A DNA stretch of 60,128 nt. It comes from an uncultured Chloroflexia bacterium. Its GTDB lineage: Bacteria > Chloroflexota > Anaerolineae > JAAYZQ01. The notes under the pieces were generated by a model that was given only the letters and a program-made list of their open reading frames with translations, was not told where the DNA came from and did not search any database. Shown here one piece after another: positions 55,003 to 60,128 of this stretch. The stretch's first letter is position 1. The number at the start of each line of letters is the position of its first letter. The position numbers and the translations under genes are program-made. The DNA lies in NCBI GenBank assembly GCA_963700285.1, contig CAVOXA010000003.1, positions 1-60,128 of the forward strand, read 5' to 3'.

Positions 55003-56506
55003 TTAGTCCTTACTCCGTAGATGGGGGAAGAGAATCACTTCGCGCAGCGATTCCTGGCTGGTGAAGAGCATTGTCAAACGATCTATGCCCATGCCAAAGC
55101 CGCCTGTCGGCGGCATACCGTAACTCAGCGCGGCAACATAGTCCTCGTCCAAGGGATGGGCTTCCTCATCACCAGAGGCCAGAGCTTGGCTCGTAGCCTG
55201 GAAGCGCTCCCTCTGGTCCAGGGGATCGTTGATCTCGCTAAAAGCGTTGCCCAACTCGAAACCGCCGATAAAAAACTCAAAGCGTTCTACCGTACCAGGC
55301 TCGCCCGGCTTTCTTTTGGATAGCGGTGAGACCTCCACGGGATAGTCGTACAAGAAGGTGGGCTGGATCAAGTGGGGCTCTACATAGTTGACCAGCGTGG
55401 GATCGATCAGCTTGCCCCAACTGGCCTTGGGTTCTGGTGTGCCCCCAGTTTCGACAATGGCCCTGTACAGACTTGGCGCATCGCGATGATCTTCGTAGTC
55501 AATACCCATGACCTCGCGAACGGCATCGCGCAGCCGCCAGCGGCGCCAGGGCGGTGCCAGATTCGATCTCCTGCCCGTCCACAGAGATCTTGGTCGTTCC
55601 CAGCGCCTCCTGGGCCGCATAGGCCACCATCTCCTCGGTCAGGGCCATCACGTCCTGGTAGTCAGCATAGGCCGCGTAAAACTCGAGCTGGGTGAACTCG
55701 GGATTGTGCTTGAAAGACACGCCTTCGTTGCGGAAATCGCGGCCAATTTCATAGACTCGCTCAAAGCCGCCGACGATGAGACGCTTGAGATAGAGTTCGT
55801 CCGAGATGCGTAGATAGAGCTGCTGTTTGAGCTGATTGTGATAGGTGACGAAAGGCCGGGCCGCCGCCCCGCCATAGATCGGCTGCAGTACGGGGGTTTC
55901 GACTTCGAGAAAGCCTCGCTCGTCCAGGAACCGGCGGACCGCAGAGACGATCCGGGATCGCACCCGGAAAATCTCGCGAACCTCTGCGTTGACCGCCAGA
56001 TCCACGTAGCGCTGCCGGTAGCGCAGCTCCTTGTCGCCGAAAGCATCAAATACTTGACCGTCCTTCTCCTTGACCACAGGCAGAGGGCGCAGGGCTTTGG
56101 ATAGGACGCGCAGCTTTTCCACGCGGACGCTGGCCTCACCGGTACGGGTATAAAACAGCTGCCCCGTTGCCTCCACAAAGTCGCCCAGATCCAAATCGCC
56201 CTTAAAGATCTCGTACATCTCATCGGCCACCACATCGCGTCGCAAGTAGAGCTGGATGCGGCCCGTGCCATCTTCGATGTGGGCAAAGGACGATTTACCC
56301 ATCACTCGGATGCCCACCAAGCGTCCTACGACGCTGACAAGGATGGGGTCAGCCCCTTCTGGGGCTGCTTGCAGAGCAGCCATCACATCGGCTGCCGTAT
56401 GGGTCCGGTTGGCTCGCGCCGGGTAGGGGTCAATGCCTGCCTCGCGCAAGCGTTCTAGTTTGAGCCGGCGTTGCTGTTCCTGGTCACTCAGTCGTTCTTC
56501 GGCCAC
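55003..56506 (-). CDS. lysS: Class II lysyl-tRNA synthetase (one frameshift near 55550)
   Basis: YRQRYVDL, FLEVETP, GGAAARPF, FRNEG..HNPEFT, YGMPPTGG.G.GIDRL, EVILFP. Confidence 0.96.
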
Positions 56507-56578
56507 GGGGCTCTCCTCGATCCTCGATCATCAAGTTGCCAACATGAAGAGGCAAAGCGCTTGCACCCTGCCAGAACC

Positions 56579-57043
56579 TTACTCGATCTGGAGGATCTCC
56601 ATTTGGACGTGTCCTCCTGGTGAGTCATAGGCTACCCTGTCGCCTGCCTTGTGACCCAACAACGCCTTGCCCAGAGGCGATTCATTGGAAATCCGACCGG
56701 CGCCAGGGTTGGCCTCGGCTGAGCCTACGATGGTATAGGTCTCGGGCTCAAAGCCTTCCTCAAGCACCGTGACCCGCGCGCCAAGCCCTACATTATCGTT
56801 GCTTCGATCCGACTCGATGATCACCGCGTTCTTGAGGATGGCATCAATGGTCATGATCCGCCCTTCGAGAAAAGCTTGTTGGCGCTTGGCCTCCTCGTAG
56901 CCAGCGTTCTCCGAGACGTCACCGTCCATCTTGGCTTCGTGGATATCTCTGGCAATTTGAGGCCGGCGCACGGTCTTTAGGAACTCGAGTTCCTCTTCTA
57001 GTTTCTGAAGACCTTCGGGGGTCAGAAAATTCTCGTTCGCCAT
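56579..57043 (-). CDS. greA: Transcription elongation factor GreA
   Basis: LT.EG..KL.EEL, GDVSENAGY, ISNESPLGKAL. Confidence 0.97.
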   Translation of the reverse strand: MANENFLTPEGLQKLEEELEFLKTVRRPQIARDIHEAKMDGDVSENAGYEEAKRQQAFLEGRIMTIDAILKNAVIIESDRSNDNVGLGARVTVLEEGFEPETYTIVGSAEANPGAGRISNESPLGKALLGHKAGDRVAYDSPGGHVQMEILQIE

Positions 57044-57343
57044 GATTCTCCTTACACCTCACCAAACATCATTTACTTACATCCAAGATACCAAAAAGAG
57101 CACCTGAGACAGTTTGCCTCAGGGCCCCTGTGGAACAAAAAACTGAGAGACCGGCTCTCAGTCCATCATTTGGATACATTATACCTCAAAAGGCGTTCTT
57201 CTCAAAATCTCAAGGTGCGTCTTCCACTCGCATACGCTGTGGGTTTAGATTGAAGGATTGGTTGCTTCGAGGAACCAATCTTGACCGAAGGGAGATGGTC
57301 GGGTACAATCCGGTGGTAGCAAGTAAGAATGGCAGGGGGCGCC

Positions 57344-58024
57344 ATGACCGACGATCGCCAGGTTCTACAGACCAAGACCGCAGAGGTCCACCGCCGGCTG
57401 TTGGAAGCCTACGGCGAGCCTCTGTGGCGGCCTCACATGGACCCGGTCTCCGAGTTGGTCAGCACCATCTTGAGCCAGAACACCAACGACATCAACCGTG
57501 ACGTGGCCTTTGACCGCTTGGTGGCCCGGTTCCCCAGATGGGAACTGGTCCGCGACGCGGACGTTGAGGAGGTTATTGAGGTCATTCGCCCGGCCGGCCT
57601 GGCCAACCAGAAAGGGCCGCGGATCCAGGGCGCGTTGCGCATCATCACCCAGGAACAGGGCGAACTGACCCTCGATTTTCTGGCAGAGTACCCGGTGGAA
57701 GAAGCGAAAACATGGCTGTCGTCCATCAAGGGTGTGGGTCCCAAGACGGCGGCCATCGTCCTGCTCTTTTCGTTGGGGCGCCCCGCCTTCCCCGTGGATA
57801 CCCACGTGCATCGGGTGACCAAACGGCTGGGGTTGATAGGGCCCCGGACCACACGTGAAAAGGCCCATGTCGATCTGGAAACACTCGTGCGGCATGAGGA
57901 CTACTATGCCTTCCACCTCAACCTGATCCGCCACGGCCGCCAGGTGTGTACTAGCCGCAAGCCCCACTGCTCCGACTGTAGCCTGACAGACCTGTGCGAT
58001 TACTACCAGATTGAGGGGCAGTGA
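57344..58024 (+). CDS. nth: Endonuclease III (HhH-GPD, 4Fe-4S)
   Basis: LSQNT.D, GVGPKTA, PVDTHV.R, C-x6-C-x2-C-x5-C. Confidence 0.93.
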   Translation: MTDDRQVLQTKTAEVHRRLLEAYGEPLWRPHMDPVSELVSTILSQNTNDINRDVAFDRLVARFPRWELVRDADVEEVIEVIRPAGLANQKGPRIQGALRIITQEQGELTLDFLAEYPVEEAKTWLSSIKGVGPKTAAIVLLFSLGRPAFPVDTHVHRVTKRLGLIGPRTTREKAHVDLETLVRHEDYYAFHLNLIRHGRQVCTSRKPHCSDCSLTDLCDYYQIEGQ

Positions 58025-58112
58025 CGCAGCTTGTCTGATAGGCCACGACCAAGCAGAGCCCAACCCAAAGAGCCGGCGCCATCTTCTTGTCGGTTTTTGG
58101 CGCCAAAAGGGA

Positions 58113-58141
58113 TTGACAACATACCCCCTGGGGGGTACAAT
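58113..58141 (+). promoter_or_regulatory. Sigma70 promoter with CsoR/RcnR-like G/C-tract operator
   Basis: TTGACA-17-TACAAT; TACCCCC-TG-GGGGGTA at 58122-58137. Confidence 0.75.
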
Positions 58142-58260
58142 GGGCACCGGGTTCGGCGTTGCAGAGAGCTTTCGCCTTCTGTTCGCCACCGCGAGAGATC
58201 CGTCCCGTGTGACCTTGAAGCATCCAATCGCCCGGACTGATCAGAAAAGAGTCATACAAC

Positions 58261-59028
58261 TTGGCTGAAATCAACTATGTCGGTCATGCCACAGTCATTA
58301 TAGACATCGGGCAGATCCGCGTACTCACAGATCCCATACTCCGGGACCACGTCCTTTTTCTGCAGCGCCACGGCAGCAGCGCCGCCCTGGACCTGCTGGA
58401 TGAACGCCCACCTGACATCGTGCTCCTGTCCCATCTGCACTACGACCATGCCGATCTACCTTCGTTGCGACGACTGCCATCCAACACAATGGTCATTGCC
58501 CCACGAGGCAGCGGCAAATACCTCCAGCGCTGGGCCGGTGTCCACGTCCACGAAGTTGTCGAAGGGGACAAGGTCCAGGTAGCCGATGTCGAGATCAGCG
58601 CAATGCCCGCCGAGCACGGTTGGGGGGTGTCGGTCCCCCGGCCCATGACAACCTGCCTGAGCTATGTCATGGAGAATCGCCTGTCGATCTATTTTGCCGG
58701 GGATACAGATCTCTTTCAGGGCATGCACGAGGTGGGCCAGGAATTCGACCTGGACATGGCCCTCTTGCCCGTGTGGGGCTACAGCCACCGGGTGGGTGCG
58801 GGGCACCTCACGCCATTGACAGCCGCCCAAGCCTTGACAAGGCTCGAGCCACGTGTGGCCGTGCCCATACACTGGGGTTCGTTCCGCCTTGCAGGCCCGC
58901 ATACTGTCTGGGATGCGGTGGACTATTTAAAGCACCCACCTCGCGCCTTTGCCGAGCACGCTTTGCGCATGGCTCCCCAGACTGAGGTACGCGTACTCCA
59001 GCCTGGTGAGTGGACGACGCTGAACTGA
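58261..59028 (+). CDS. MBL-fold metallohydrolase (UlaG/NAPE-PLD-like)
   Basis: GHA, TDP, SHLHYDH, AEH, FAGDT, PIHWG. Confidence 0.9.
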   Translation: MAEINYVGHATVIIDIGQIRVLTDPILRDHVLFLQRHGSSAALDLLDERPPDIVLLSHLHYDHADLPSLRRLPSNTMVIAPRGSGKYLQRWAGVHVHEVVEGDKVQVADVEISAMPAEHGWGVSVPRPMTTCLSYVMENRLSIYFAGDTDLFQGMHEVGQEFDLDMALLPVWGYSHRVGAGHLTPLTAAQALTRLEPRVAVPIHWGSFRLAGPHTVWDAVDYLKHPPRAFAEHALRMAPQTEVRVLQPGEWTTLN

Positions 59029-59133
59029 GGGCATCTTGACCCTTGGTGACGCAGATCGCCCTCAGGGCGAGGGCCGGAGCATTTTCGAATAGATTCTTGA
59101 GGGCATTTCTGCCCGGATGCTTGGGGCGAGCCG

Positions 59134-60128
59134 ATGACCTTGGAACGACGCCTACTGAATATCGCCCTCATTTTTACCACCATCGTGGTGGTCGGCGGCG
59201 TCGGCTATATAGTCATTGAAGGTTGGTCATGGATAGACGCCTTCTACATGGCTGTCATCACGGTGACCACCGTCGGCTTTGGCGAAGTCCATCCCCTAAC
59301 CTCAGCCGGGCGGCTCTTTACCTCGGCCTTGGTTGTCCTGGGTGTGGCCGCCATCACCTATTCCTTCACTGCTTTGGCCAACTATTTGATCGCCGGCGAG
59401 CTTGGGGACGTGCTGGAGGAGTTCAGGATGAAGCGCAAGATAGAGGCTTTGCACGGACACTATCTCGTCTGTGGTTTTGGCCGCGTCGGACGGCAGGTAT
59501 GTACCCAACTGGAACAGGAAGGATGCTCCTTCATCGTCATTGACAGTGAGAGCCATGCAATCGAACAGGCCAAGGCTCTGGGCTATCCGGCTGTGGAGGG
59601 TGATGCCGGCAACGATGAGATACTGCACCAGGCAGGTATCCTCCAGGCCAAGGGCCTGGTCGCCGCAGTGGAGAGCGACGCAGCCAACCTATTCGTGGTA
59701 CTCACCGCCCGGACGCTCAAGCCGGATATCTATGTCGTCGCCCGTGCCGACTCTGAGGACAATGAAAGAAAACTAGAGATCGCCGGCGCCGACCGCGTAC
59801 TCTCGCCATACAGCCTGGGAGGGCGCCTCATCGCCCAAACGCTTCTCCGCCCCGATGTGGTAGATTTCCTGGAGGCGGTGATGTACGACGACTCGTTGCA
59901 TCTCTTTCTTGAGGATCTGGCGGTCGAAGCAGGGTCCACTCTGGCAAACAGCACAGTCGGTGAGGCACGGATCCGCGAGACAACAGGGGCCAATATCCTG
60001 GGTCTCAAACATGGGGACGATGTCTTGGTCTCCCCCGGTACAGATCACCCCCTGCACCCCGGCGATATACTCGTCGCCCTGGGCACGCGCCAACAACTGG
60101 AGGACTTGGAAAAGCTACTCCAGGCATC
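59134..60128 (+). CDS. Potassium channel with RCK (TrkA-N/TrkA-C) domains; stop codon beyond window
   Basis: Not in ORF track. My translation: two TMs, TVTTVGFG filter, CGFGRVG Rossmann motif, GAD.V.SPY..GG. Confidence 0.92.
   Translation, partial: MTLERRLLNIALIFTTIVVVGGVGYIVIEGWSWIDAFYMAVITVTTVGFGEVHPLTSAGRLFTSALVVLGVAAITYSFTALANYLIAGELGDVLEEFRMKRKIEALHGHYLVCGFGRVGRQVCTQLEQEGCSFIVIDSESHAIEQAKALGYPAVEGDAGNDEILHQAGILQAKGLVAAVESDAANLFVVLTARTLKPDIYVVARADSEDNERKLEIAGADRVLSPYSLGGRLIAQTLLRPDVVDFLEAVMYDDSLHLFLEDLAVEAGSTLANSTVGEARIRETTGANILGLKHGDDVLVSPGTDHPLHPGDILVALGTRQQLEDLEKLLQA

Noticed and set aside
55003-56506. Programmed frameshift or pseudogene in lysS
   Set aside because: No clear slippery site, essential gene, and an indel-prone assembly

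Overview
GC-rich bacterial contig, probably Chloroflexota/Anaerolineae. This is inferred from gene content: mevalonate genes, a VEVEKEVT-repeat lipoprotein and Pro/Thr-linker membrane proteins. I found no rRNA, tRNA, CRISPR or transposase. Family calls come from motif recognition by eye, not database searches. (1) 0.5-21.5 kb, minus strand: LacI-associated beta-glycan (cello-/manno-oligosaccharide) uptake and phosphorolysis locus with two GH94, GH130, GH2, GH3, a YdjC/ChbG deacetylase, an Opp-type ABC importer and DUF362. (2) 22-30 kb, plus strand, the highlight: rplY, then ubiX-ubiD-acnX(large)-acnX(small)-ipk, which is the archaeal-type lower mevalonate pathway. Directly after it are an MvaD-family decarboxylase (a second route), an IscU-IscX fusion and rseP. 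(3) 30-52 kb: envelope and accessory genes, including a LysM protein, galE with two GT4s, CoA-disulfide reductase-rhodanese, a CocE hydrolase and a PadR-HAAS operon. That operon shares a C-terminal protein module and a candidate operator with a distant membrane-protein gene. (4) 52-60 kb: YugP-like peptidase, a metallothionein-like protein with 11-bp phased repeats upstream, an atypical OmpR regulator, lysS, greA, nth, an MBL hydrolase with a CsoR-like operator and a K+ channel. Many genes in 2.6-21.5 kb and 36.5-43.8 kb, and lysS, are split by frameshifts that are most likely sequencing indels, so those genes are given as joined spans.
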